Of a stretch of DNA of 20,901 nucleotides, positions 1 to 8,080 are shown in pieces (position 1 is the stretch's first letter; every line of letters starts with the position of its first letter). The notes below the pieces were generated by a model that saw only the letters and a list, made by a program, of their open reading frames with translations, had not been told where the DNA came from and did no database searches. Position numbers and translations under genes: made by a program. Source of the DNA: Chlamydiota bacterium (GTDB lineage: Bacteria > Chlamydiota > Chlamydiia > Chlamydiales > SM23-39); the NCBI GenBank assembly GCA_048498835.1, contig JBEHXF010000036.1, positions 1-20,901 on the forward strand. Direction: 5' to 3'.

Positions 1-370
1 TAGCGGAGGGATGCCCTCCGCACCACCCAGAGCCCCCTTGTTTTTGCAGCGCAAAAACCCACCACGACTCAAATTTTTTTATCTAAGCGATATCCGTTTG
101 CTAGAATCTGCAGTTCCGACTTGGCCGAAGGGCAAGGCGCAGGCGAAATTTGTTTCCTCAAGCCCTAGCGAGAATCTCGAATCCTTTGAACGGCTTGAAG
201 GAAACTAATTTGGCTGAAAGCTTTTTGCGCAGCAAAAAGGAACTGCCTCTTATTGAGGTGCGGGGCTTCCCCGCCTCTGTGGTGGTCTATCTCTGTGGTG
301 AATTTTTATCCTGTCGCCGTTTCGGCGATCCTGCCCGCACGCTTCGTGCGGATCCTTGTTATTTCTTTTC
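1..370. repeat. Modular palindromic repeat (chain of short hairpins), inverted copy of part of the 12862-13217 element plus an extra ~170-bp segment; probably truncated by the window edge
   Basis: 1-47 and ~221-370 match the reverse complement of ~12885-13076 with few mismatches. Perfect stems with 3-nt loops at 3-21 (GCGGAGGG-ATG-CCCTCCGC), 40-58, 221-239, 260-274, 314-328 and 335-351. Confidence 0.85.
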
Positions 371-409
371 TTTTTAGGGCTTTACTGGCTTTTTTTCTTC
401 TTTGCGGCC

Positions 410-1951
410 TTATTTGTGTTGGATGAGGTGGTCGCCCACACGGAGAGAATTGGCTATGATGGTCAGAGCGGGGTTGACGGCTCCAGCAGAGGGGAAAAAG
501 CTCCCATCGACAACGTAGAGATTCTCGACATCGTGGGTGCGGCAGTTGAGATCGAGGACAGAAGTGCGGGGATCGGTGCCGAAGCGAGCTGTGCCCACTT
601 GGTGCGCAACGCCGGCGACCGGAATTTCTTTCTGCAGGTAGCCAGTTGTGTCGTGGTGATGAACGTTGTATCCTGTGACGCGGAGAATTTGCTTGAGCTT
701 TTTGTAGAGGCGTCTGTGCGCTTCTTGATTGCGTTGTGTACAAATGAGGTGAAGTCGATCTTGATCGTCTATTAGGACGCGATTATTGGGGTCTGGAAGA
801 TCCTCAGAAGTGATCCACCAGCCGATGGCATGTCTGGCCATCCAATTGAGGAAAAAGTTTGGGACAAAGAAAGGGGCGTCGCCGCGCAGCATGGCACCTT
901 TCACTTTGCCGAGGAGCTGGATGTGTCCGAGAGGATATTCAGAGTCAGGCGCATCGAAATAAAAGTCATTGATACCGATCGTTTTTTGAAAGATGACCGG
1001 ATTTCTATGTGTTGAAAGGGCGACAATCGCTGAATTGAGGTGACACATGTAATTGCGACCCACTTGGTCTGAACTATTGGCGAGACCGTTTGGGTGCTGA
1101 GGCGATTTGGAGCGAAGTAATAGCGCTGCTGAATTGATCGCTCCACAAGAGACGATGATCCGATTGGCTTTTATGTGGACAATTTTTCCTTCGTGTTCTA
1201 CGACAACTTCTGTTGCTCGTTTGCCTGAGGAGTCGGTGAGAATGCGAAGCGCTTTTGCGTGGGTGAGTAGGTGGACGTTGCTGTATTGCTTAAGAGTGGG
1301 AGCGATGCAGATGCGATGGGCGTCCGATTTGGCATTGACGAGGCATGGATAGCCATCGCAAGTATCGCAGCGAATGCAGAGACTATTTTCTGGATGCTTT
1401 TCATTGAGTCGGATGCCGAGCGGAAGGTGAAAGGGTTTGAGGCCTTCAGCTCTGAGCTGTCCGGCAATTTGCGCCATGTGAGGTTCGTGGCTAACCGGAG
1501 GAAAGGGATACGGTTTTTCTTCGGGCGGCTCGGTGGGATCTTCTCCGCGCTGGCCGTGGACTTCATAGAGCTCTTCGGCCTGCTGATAATACGGTTTAAA
1601 GTCAGAATATTTCAGGGGCCAGGCAGGTGAAAGACCGCCGTAATGCTGGATTTCGCCGAAATCGCGTTCTCGAAGACGGAGAAGCGCGGCTCCATAGAAT
1701 TTAGTGTTGCCGCCTACATAATAATGGGTGCCTGGTTCAAAAGGCTGTCCTTTTTTATCGATCCAGGTTTCGCCGCAATTGTAGCGCCCTGCAGCAAAGA
1801 CGGAGGTGGGATCCCAATTTTCTTTTTCTCGCGGAAGAAAACCACCTCGCTCGATGATGAGAATTTGTTCGCGGGTGGATGCTAGTTTATGAGCAAGCGT
1901 TCCGCCACCGGCGCCAGAACCGATGATGATCGTGTCGAATTGTCTATGCAT
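410..1951 (-). CDS. GMC family FAD-dependent oxidoreductase (choline/gluconate-2-dehydrogenase-like flavoprotein)
   Basis: N-terminal GSGAGG FAD motif, VGGNTKFYGA, CIRCDTCDGYPC, GAINSAALLLRS, HQVGTARFG and DGSFFPSAGAVNP. ATG at 1951 (MHRQFD) overlaps the upstream gene's stop (1944-1946) and is preferred to the ORF-track start at 1978. Confidence 0.9.
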   Translation of the reverse strand: MHRQFDTIIIGSGAGGGTLAHKLASTREQILIIERGGFLPREKENWDPTSVFAAGRYNCGETWIDKKGQPFEPGTHYYVGGNTKFYGAALLRLRERDFGEIQHYGGLSPAWPLKYSDFKPYYQQAEELYEVHGQRGEDPTEPPEEKPYPFPPVSHEPHMAQIAGQLRAEGLKPFHLPLGIRLNEKHPENSLCIRCDTCDGYPCLVNAKSDAHRICIAPTLKQYSNVHLLTHAKALRILTDSSGKRATEVVVEHEGKIVHIKANRIIVSCGAINSAALLLRSKSPQHPNGLANSSDQVGRNYMCHLNSAIVALSTHRNPVIFQKTIGINDFYFDAPDSEYPLGHIQLLGKVKGAMLRGDAPFFVPNFFLNWMARHAIGWWITSEDLPDPNNRVLIDDQDRLHLICTQRNQEAHRRLYKKLKQILRVTGYNVHHHDTTGYLQKEIPVAGVAHQVGTARFGTDPRTSVLDLNCRTHDVENLYVVDGSFFPSAGAVNPALTIIANSLRVGDHLIQHK

Positions 1952-3050
1952 GCCAGACCAACACAGCTTTGATTTCATCAGCAGGCTTTTTTCCTAAAAC
2001 ATGGGCAAAATCTTCATGAGCAATTTTTGCGGTGATGAATTGTTCGATCACCCCTTTCCATTCATTTTGGGCAGCTTCTAGATCGACAACTGCTTGTTTA
2101 AAATGCTCTTTGCTGGCGTTGACGCTGCCAAAAATCACCTGATTTTTTAGGACGATTTGCCGCATCATCGCACTTCCATTAACGTTAAGGGGGTGATCGC
2201 CGCCCGGAACGCCTGTCATCGCATAAATCCCATCATTGCCCAGTTTTTCAATGAGATCGAAATCGAGTTTTGCCACTCCAGCTGCTTCCACGATCATGTG
2301 GATTTGTCCGTAGGTCGTCTCGATCTGTTTCCAGCCTTTATCGCTGCTCTGAATGTATTTTCCTCCCATCGCTTCTAAAATTTTAGGACGCGGTGTGTGG
2401 GGATCGACAATATCGAGTCCAATGACGCGAGCCCCTCTGAGGCGGAGCACCATTGCAGCAAGGAGGCCGATGGGGCCGAGGCCTGCAACGAGAACCGTTT
2501 TATTTTGCAGCCATTCTTTTGCATTTGATTCAAAGGGGAGTCTTGCCGCTTGGAGTCGGCAGGCATGATCGATCGCCTTTTCTACCACGGTTGTGGGTTC
2601 TGTAAGAACGCCGATGAGTCGCAGAGCGGGCGGAACTTTGATGCAGTATTTTTCTTCATCGACGATGTACTCTGCCTGGTAGCCATGCAGCCCTTTAATG
2701 CCTCTTTCGGTGTAATCACCGGTTCGGCACATGTCGGGATAGCCTTTTTTGCACGGATCGCATTGATTGCAACCTCGTCGCACCATGATGACGACAAGAT
2801 CTTTTGGCTTGAGCGTTTTTACCTCAGCGCCCACTTCCATCACCTCGGCGAGCACTTCATGGCCGATGATGAGGATTTTATCGCCCGGCGGCGCGTCTGC
2901 CCGTCCACCGTCAGCCTCTTCTCGATCCGTTCCGCAGATCCCGACTAATAGCGTTCGCACCTTCACTTGTGTCGGCGATTGAATGTTCGGCTCTGGCCAA
3001 TCGACGATGGTTATTTTTGTTGTTCCGGGAGTGAGTGCTAGCGCTTTCAT
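1944..3050 (-). CDS. Zn-dependent medium-chain dehydrogenase, glucose 1-dehydrogenase-like
   Basis: GICGTD and GHE catalytic Zn ligands, structural Zn cluster RRGCNQCDPC..C, YTERGIKGLHG, GLGPIG Rossmann motif and GSVNA near the C-terminus, all typical of the glucose-DH subfamily of MDRs. Confidence 0.85.
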   Translation of the reverse strand: MKALALTPGTTKITIVDWPEPNIQSPTQVKVRTLLVGICGTDREEADGGRADAPPGDKILIIGHEVLAEVMEVGAEVKTLKPKDLVVIMVRRGCNQCDPCKKGYPDMCRTGDYTERGIKGLHGYQAEYIVDEEKYCIKVPPALRLIGVLTEPTTVVEKAIDHACRLQAARLPFESNAKEWLQNKTVLVAGLGPIGLLAAMVLRLRGARVIGLDIVDPHTPRPKILEAMGGKYIQSSDKGWKQIETTYGQIHMIVEAAGVAKLDFDLIEKLGNDGIYAMTGVPGGDHPLNVNGSAMMRQIVLKNQVIFGSVNASKEHFKQAVVDLEAAQNEWKGVIEQFITAKIAHEDFAHVLGKKPADEIKAVLVWHA

Positions 3051-3175
3051 GAGAACCTTTTTAGGATCTCTTGTATCCCAACTAAAAAAGACTTTTCAAT
3101 AAATTTCTGCCTTGTGGACATAAAAATAATTTGGCTGCTACTGTTTTTAGAAGGTGTTCTGTAGTGAAAGATATT

Positions 3176-3274
3176 AATCACAGAGTGCACAGAGATGAAA
3201 GAGAGTCACACAGAGAAAAAATTCTCAATTTCTGCTCGGTGAAGCTTCTTTTTCTCTCTGTGAACTCTGTGATT
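3176..3274. repeat. Short inverted-repeat element (CACAGAG family, MITE-like), copy 1
   Basis: 20-bp terminal inverted repeat AATCACAGAGTGCACAGAGA / TCTCTGTGAACTCTGTGATT (1 mismatch). Its left ~55 bp is near-identical to 18783-18840. Confidence 0.85.
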
Positions 3275-3344
3275 GTATTTCTTCAGAACTACACAAAAAT
3301 TTGTCACAGAACATGCTCTAAGATCTGTAACCAGGGGTAAATAA

Positions 3345-3881
3345 ATGGTTCTATCAACTGATACCACAAAAGTTTGGGCAAAGGTTGTCGCGAAATGTTG
3401 GCAAGATGAGACATTTAAACGACAGGTGATAACAAACCCAAATCGGGCGTTAGAAGAACAGGGATTAAAGATTCCAACAGGCGTTCGATACAAGGTTATT
3501 GAAGAGAAAGGACAAGAGCGCCACACCTATATCGCTTTGCCTAAAAAGCCTCGATCCGCCGATTTGAATCGCCATTTGAAAGAACTGAATGTGGACTCTG
3601 GTTCTTCATTTGGGAAAATCTGGTCCAAAGTGATCGCCAAAAGTTGGCAGGAAGAGGGATTTAGAGCTAGGGTTATCGCTGAACCCGCGAAGGTACTCGC
3701 TGAGGCTGGATATACATTTGATCCAGCGACAAAATTTAAAGTGATTGAAGAAGAGAGCATCGAAGAGCATGCTATTCATCTCTCTTTGCCTGCGAAACCG
3801 CAGAAGAGTGATTTACGAGAAGAAGAATTAAGGCATCTATCGGGAGCCCTTTGTGCATCTTGCGGCGGTTGTGCCTGTTAA
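3345..3881 (+). CDS. RiPP precursor with two tandem NHLP (nitrile hydratase-like leader peptide) domains and a C-terminal Cys-rich core
   Basis: Two ~82-aa repeats (KVVAKCWQDETFKRQVITNP..L.E.G..KVIEE..LPKKP and KVIAKSWQEEGFRARVIAEP..L.E.G..KVIEE..LPAKP), then the leader end DLREEELRHLSG(A) and core LCASCGGCAC. Lies directly upstream of a YcaO cyclodehydratase. Confidence 0.9.
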   Translation: MVLSTDTTKVWAKVVAKCWQDETFKRQVITNPNRALEEQGLKIPTGVRYKVIEEKGQERHTYIALPKKPRSADLNRHLKELNVDSGSSFGKIWSKVIAKSWQEEGFRARVIAEPAKVLAEAGYTFDPATKFKVIEEESIEEHAIHLSLPAKPQKSDLREEELRHLSGALCASCGGCAC

Positions 3882-6039
3882 CTTGATCCGATTTAAGTCT
3901 TGTTATCACGTCGAAGACTTTGTCGATGAAGTGTTTCTTTTTTCCGAGAAGCAGACGCATCGTTTGCAGGGGAAACTATATGGTTTAGTTTCCCCCTTAT
4001 TAAAACAGGCAACGCTTTCGGAACAGGAGATCGTTGATCGATTAGCCGATCAAGCATTGCCTGAAGAGATTCACTATGCTTTACAAAGATTGGAAGCAGG
4101 CGGGTATCTTGAGCGGGTAGAAGAAGATCTCCCCCCTGGTTTTACCTCTTTTTGTCATTTGCTAGGAGTAGAGCCGGCACTTGCCCGAAAACGGCTACAG
4201 GCTTGCCATCTTTCTGTCCTAGGAATTGGCTCTGTAAACCTTCAACCTATTCTTTCCGCTCTTGAAGCTATAGGTCTTACTTTATCTTCAGAAAAAGGCG
4301 ACTTAACTTTGGTGGTAACAGATGATTATAGCCACCCTCAAATAGAAGCGCACCATCAGCAGCTCAAAGATAATCCGTGGATTTTGCTCAAGCCCAAAGG
4401 ATGTGAAATTTGGCTAGGACCTCTTTTTCAACCGGGGCAAGCTGGGTGTTGGGTCTGCCTCGATCATCACATCAAGCGGAATGATTTAGAACGCTCCTAT
4501 GTAAGAAAGAAAGGTGGGGCCCCTTTTTCTACTGCTATCTCCTCTTTTTCTGCGACCGAAGGGTTAGCCGCTCATTTTGCTGCGAGCGAGCTACTTAAAT
4601 GGATTGTGAAACCAGAAGCTTCCCTTCTAAATAAAAACCTCCTTTCTTTTGATGCTCTGCAAACCAAATTCCAAGAGCATCGCTTGCTTCCGCTCAGTAG
4701 CTGTAAACACTGTGGGAAAGAGAGCATGAGATCATTCCATCCTCCGGTTTTCAGCGGAAAGAAAAGGGGAATAAGTGATGGGGGATATCGAAGCCGCTCT
4801 GCGGAACAAACGTTGAAAAGCCTTTCGCCCTACATCAGCCCGATTTTAGGGGTTGTGAGTTCTCTACACGATTCGGCTTTAGACTCTTCTCTTCATGTGT
4901 ATTATGCAGGCAATAATTTTGCCGTGGCCAATTCTTTGGAAGGATTGGAGCCCGACGCTCTCCGCAGTCGCTGTAGCGGAAAAGGTCAGACAGAGGCGCA
5001 GGCTAAGGCGAGTTGTCTTTGCGAAGGGATTGAGCGGTATTCTGGAATCTTTCAGGGAGATGAGCCGAGAATCCGGGGAAGTTACCGAGAACTGAAGGGC
5101 AATGCGATTCAACCGAATGACATACAGCTCTTCAGCTCTCGGCAATTTAAAATCCGCGAAGAGTGGAATAGGGTTCATAAGAGATCTCATCGAGTTCCCA
5201 GGCTTTTTTCTGAATGCGAAGAAATAGAATGGTCGCCCGTCTGGTCTCTCACTGGCAAAGTTGTGAAATATCTTCCCACAGCTTTGTGTTACTATTCTTA
5301 TCCCGATCCCTCGCCACCTTGCTATGCCGATTCCAATGGAAATGCCGCGGGCAATTGTTTAGAAGAGGCGATCTTGCAAGGATTTTATGAGCTTGTCGAG
5401 AGAGATAGCGTAGCCATTTGGTGGTACAATAGAATCTTGAGAAATCGTGTCGATGTTCGAAGTTTTGCCGATCCCTATTTAGATCTGTTACTTGAAGAGT
5501 ATGCGGCGATTGGGAGAGACGTTTGGGTACTGGATATCACGAGCGATTTGCCCATTCCTACTTTCGTCGCACTTTCAAAAAGCGCTAAAGGGGAGATTCT
5601 CTTTGGTTTTGGGGCTCATCTCAATGCTTCGATCGCCCTTTCTCGCGCACTGACTGAAATGAATCAGTTCCTTCCTCTTCTAACAAAATTAAAACTCTCT
5701 GAAAACGATTGGCTTAAAATGGCAACCATAGAAAATCAGCCCTACCTTCGAGGCCATGAGAGGGAGCCAATGAAGGTGAAAGAGGACTATCCCAAGGTTG
5801 ATTGCGACGATCTTTTGAGATGCCAATCACTCGTTGAAGAGCGGGGAATGGAGATGTTGATCCTAGATCAAAGTCGCGATCCGATCGATTTGAAAGTAGT
5901 CAAGGTCATAGTTCCGGGACTCAGACATTTTTGGCCCCGTTTTGCACCCGGTCGCCTCTATGATGTGCCGGTAGCGATGGGATGGCTTAAAAAGCCGCTC
6001 CAAGAATCTGAACTCAACCCTATACCCATGTTTATTTAG
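3871..6039 (+). CDS. Fused TOMM/LAP cyclodehydratase (RRE + E1-like C domain + YcaO D domain)
   Basis: E1-like GPLFQPGQAGCWVC and CKHC; YcaO motifs SGKG..EAQAKASCLCEGIERY and DSNGNAAGNCLEEAILQGFYELVERD; Pro-rich C-terminus LNPIPMFI. Start is uncertain (TTG 3853 frame; GTG 3871 or TTG 3883 more plausible). Confidence 0.93.
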   Translation: MPVNLIRFKSCYHVEDFVDEVFLFSEKQTHRLQGKLYGLVSPLLKQATLSEQEIVDRLADQALPEEIHYALQRLEAGGYLERVEEDLPPGFTSFCHLLGVEPALARKRLQACHLSVLGIGSVNLQPILSALEAIGLTLSSEKGDLTLVVTDDYSHPQIEAHHQQLKDNPWILLKPKGCEIWLGPLFQPGQAGCWVCLDHHIKRNDLERSYVRKKGGAPFSTAISSFSATEGLAAHFAASELLKWIVKPEASLLNKNLLSFDALQTKFQEHRLLPLSSCKHCGKESMRSFHPPVFSGKKRGISDGGYRSRSAEQTLKSLSPYISPILGVVSSLHDSALDSSLHVYYAGNNFAVANSLEGLEPDALRSRCSGKGQTEAQAKASCLCEGIERYSGIFQGDEPRIRGSYRELKGNAIQPNDIQLFSSRQFKIREEWNRVHKRSHRVPRLFSECEEIEWSPVWSLTGKVVKYLPTALCYYSYPDPSPPCYADSNGNAAGNCLEEAILQGFYELVERDSVAIWWYNRILRNRVDVRSFADPYLDLLLEEYAAIGRDVWVLDITSDLPIPTFVALSKSAKGEILFGFGAHLNASIALSRALTEMNQFLPLLTKLKLSENDWLKMATIENQPYLRGHEREPMKVKEDYPKVDCDDLLRCQSLVEERGMEMLILDQSRDPIDLKVVKVIVPGLRHFWPRFAPGRLYDVPVAMGWLKKPLQESELNPIPMFI

Positions 6040-6041
6040 CT

Positions 6042-7256
6042 GTGCTTTTACAACTCAAACCAAATGCGCCTTTCGAAGCTTTAACCGATCATTGGTTTCA
6101 TAAGCTGATTGAGGTGGGTGAAGATCGGCTCATCTCGTTTTTTTATGGCTTAGAAAAATTAAAGACCTCTGGGTGGATCGATTACACCATTCCAGCTTAT
6201 TTAACGTTCATTCCCTTTTCTCCGTTTGAGAAAAAGCCACTGAACGAGACGAGCGCTTATCGCCTCTCTCGCTTTTGTTATACCCGTTTAGAGGGAGATA
6301 AAATCGTCTTAGAGTCTCCTCTTTTTTCTGGAAGGATTGAACTCATCGGGCCGATGGGAATATCTCTTTATTTCCGTCTTGCAAAACCTTGCTCCCTACT
6401 CGAATTAGTGGCCGAATTTCCAATGGCAAAAAGCTACATGGAATTATTGGTGTGGGGCCAGATGTTGGTGGAAGAAGAGGAGCTTTCTCAATGGGCTTTT
6501 CACGATCTTCTTTTCCACAGCAAGACTCGACTGGAAAGAGCGCCACCCGATTTTATGAAGCTCTATCCTTTTCAACAAGCTCCTCTACCTGTCGTTAAAT
6601 CGATCTCTAATCCGATCGAGATCATCTCTCTATTTAGACCTGATATCGAAGCATTAAAACGGAGTGACGTTTCCTTTACACAAGTTTTAGAGACCAGATC
6701 GTCTCAAAGAAAACAGGGCAAGACTCCTCTCACCATGGAGCAACTGGGAGAGTTTCTGTTTCGGACGGCGCGAATTCAAGCGCTCAAAGTCAATCAGTGT
6801 GAGCTTTCGGAGCGCCCTTATCCAAATGCAGGTGCGCTCTATGAACTGGAAATTTATCCTCTTATTCATAGTTGCGAGGGACTTTCTGCTGGCCTTTATC
6901 ATTACGATCCTCTCAACCATCGTTTGCTAAAACTAAGAGAGGGTGACTGGAGAACAGAGAGTTTGTTGAAACAAGCCCAGCTTTCAACTCAAAGCGACTC
7001 CTTTTCTCAAGTCCTTTTGATCATCGCTGCCCGTTTTCAGCGGGTGAGTTGGAAGTATCCAGTCTATTCCTATTCTCTCACGTTGAAAAATGTGGGCGTC
7101 TTGCTTCAGACGATGTACCTTGTCGCTACAGCAATGGGGCTCGCTCCTTGTGCGATTGGAAGGGGAGATGGTCGTCTGTTTTCTGAGCTAATCGGATCAA
7201 AAGATGGGGAAGAAACGAGTGTGGGAGAATTTATGTTAGGCTCGAGTGGCGAATGA
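6042..7256 (+). CDS. SagB/ThcOx-family FMN-dependent azoline dehydrogenase (nitroreductase fold) with N-terminal extension
   Basis: W.FHDLLFHS..R, VLETRSSQR, RPYPNAGALYELEIY, GLYHYDPLNHRL, RFQRVSWKY (Lys-Tyr pair) and LLQTMYLVATAMGLAPCAIG. GTG start 2 nt after the YcaO stop. Confidence 0.92.
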   Translation: MLLQLKPNAPFEALTDHWFHKLIEVGEDRLISFFYGLEKLKTSGWIDYTIPAYLTFIPFSPFEKKPLNETSAYRLSRFCYTRLEGDKIVLESPLFSGRIELIGPMGISLYFRLAKPCSLLELVAEFPMAKSYMELLVWGQMLVEEEELSQWAFHDLLFHSKTRLERAPPDFMKLYPFQQAPLPVVKSISNPIEIISLFRPDIEALKRSDVSFTQVLETRSSQRKQGKTPLTMEQLGEFLFRTARIQALKVNQCELSERPYPNAGALYELEIYPLIHSCEGLSAGLYHYDPLNHRLLKLREGDWRTESLLKQAQLSTQSDSFSQVLLIIAARFQRVSWKYPVYSYSLTLKNVGVLLQTMYLVATAMGLAPCAIGRGDGRLFSELIGSKDGEETSVGEFMLGSSGE

Positions 7257-8080
7257 GAAATTTAGGCATTGGCGTTGGATTGAGATCTGCGCATTACCGA
7301 GAAATTTTAGCGGAAAAGCCGCCGGTGGATTGGTTTGAGATCATCAGTGAAGATTACTTGAGTTTAGAGGGACAAAATTTTGATTTTCTTGAGAAAATAT
7401 TAGATCTTTATCCAGTGGTGCAACATGGAGTTTCTCTCCATATCGGGAGCGCTGATCCCCTCGATTTTGACTATTTAAGAAGATTGAAAAAATTAAGCCG
7501 AGTTACCAAAACGCCTTGGATTTCAGATCATCTCTCGTGGGGCAAAGTCGCAGGGGCTCATTACCACGATCTTCTTCCTCTGCCGTTTACAAAAGAGGTT
7601 GTTGCCTACGTCGCTGAGCGAGCGAGGATTGTGCAGGATTTTTTGGAACTTCCCTTTGCTCTTGAAAATGTCTCCTCGTACACCTCCTTTAAAGTGGATG
7701 AAATGGCCGAGTGGGAGTTTTATGGAGCTATTGTGGAGCGGGCAAACATTCATATGATGCTGGATGTCAATAACTTATATGTTTCATCGAAAAATCACGA
7801 CTTTTCCCCACAAGAGTACTATGAAAAGCTACCATTGGATCGAGTGATCCAGATCCATTTAGCGGGTCATAGAGACATGGGACTTTATCTTCTCGATACC
7901 CACGATGCTTTTGTCTCTGACCCTGTTTGGGAACTCTACGGTGAGATTTATCCAAAAACGAAAGGGGTATCGACGCTGTTGGAATGGGATGACCAATTTC
8001 TCAGTTTCGAGCGAACGTGGAAAGAGGCTCTGAAAGCAAAGCGATTTCAACAGCAGGTGGTGCATGAGACCGCCTCCTGA
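7253..8080 (+). CDS. DUF692 multinuclear non-heme iron-dependent oxidative enzyme (MNIO; MbnB/TglH/ChrH/BufB/HvfB family)
   Basis: GIGVGLR, WFEIISED, HGVSL, SDHLSW, LLPLP, LENVSSY, LDVNNLYV, QIHLAGH, LDTH and LLEWD motifs in order; 275 aa; ATGA overlap with the dehydrogenase stop. Confidence 0.95.
   Translation: MRNLGIGVGLRSAHYREILAEKPPVDWFEIISEDYLSLEGQNFDFLEKILDLYPVVQHGVSLHIGSADPLDFDYLRRLKKLSRVTKTPWISDHLSWGKVAGAHYHDLLPLPFTKEVVAYVAERARIVQDFLELPFALENVSSYTSFKVDEMAEWEFYGAIVERANIHMMLDVNNLYVSSKNHDFSPQEYYEKLPLDRVIQIHLAGHRDMGLYLLDTHDAFVSDPVWELYGEIYPKTKGVSTLLEWDDQFLSFERTWKEALKAKRFQQQVVHETAS

Noticed and set aside
11..377. ORFs 11-208 and 150-377 (and similar ORFs at 12670-13254)
   Set aside because: They are translations of the non-coding repeat modules. 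The shared peptide RGFPASVVVYLCGE simply reflects the DNA repeat.
3301..3330. TTGTCA as a -35 box for the RiPP operon
   Set aside because: No acceptable -10 hexamer at 16-18 bp spacing; TAAGAT is only 12 bp away.
3345..3881. Nitrile hydratase alpha subunit
   Set aside because: It lacks the internal CxxCSC metal site and a beta-subunit gene; the context is a YcaO cluster, so it is an NHLP precursor.
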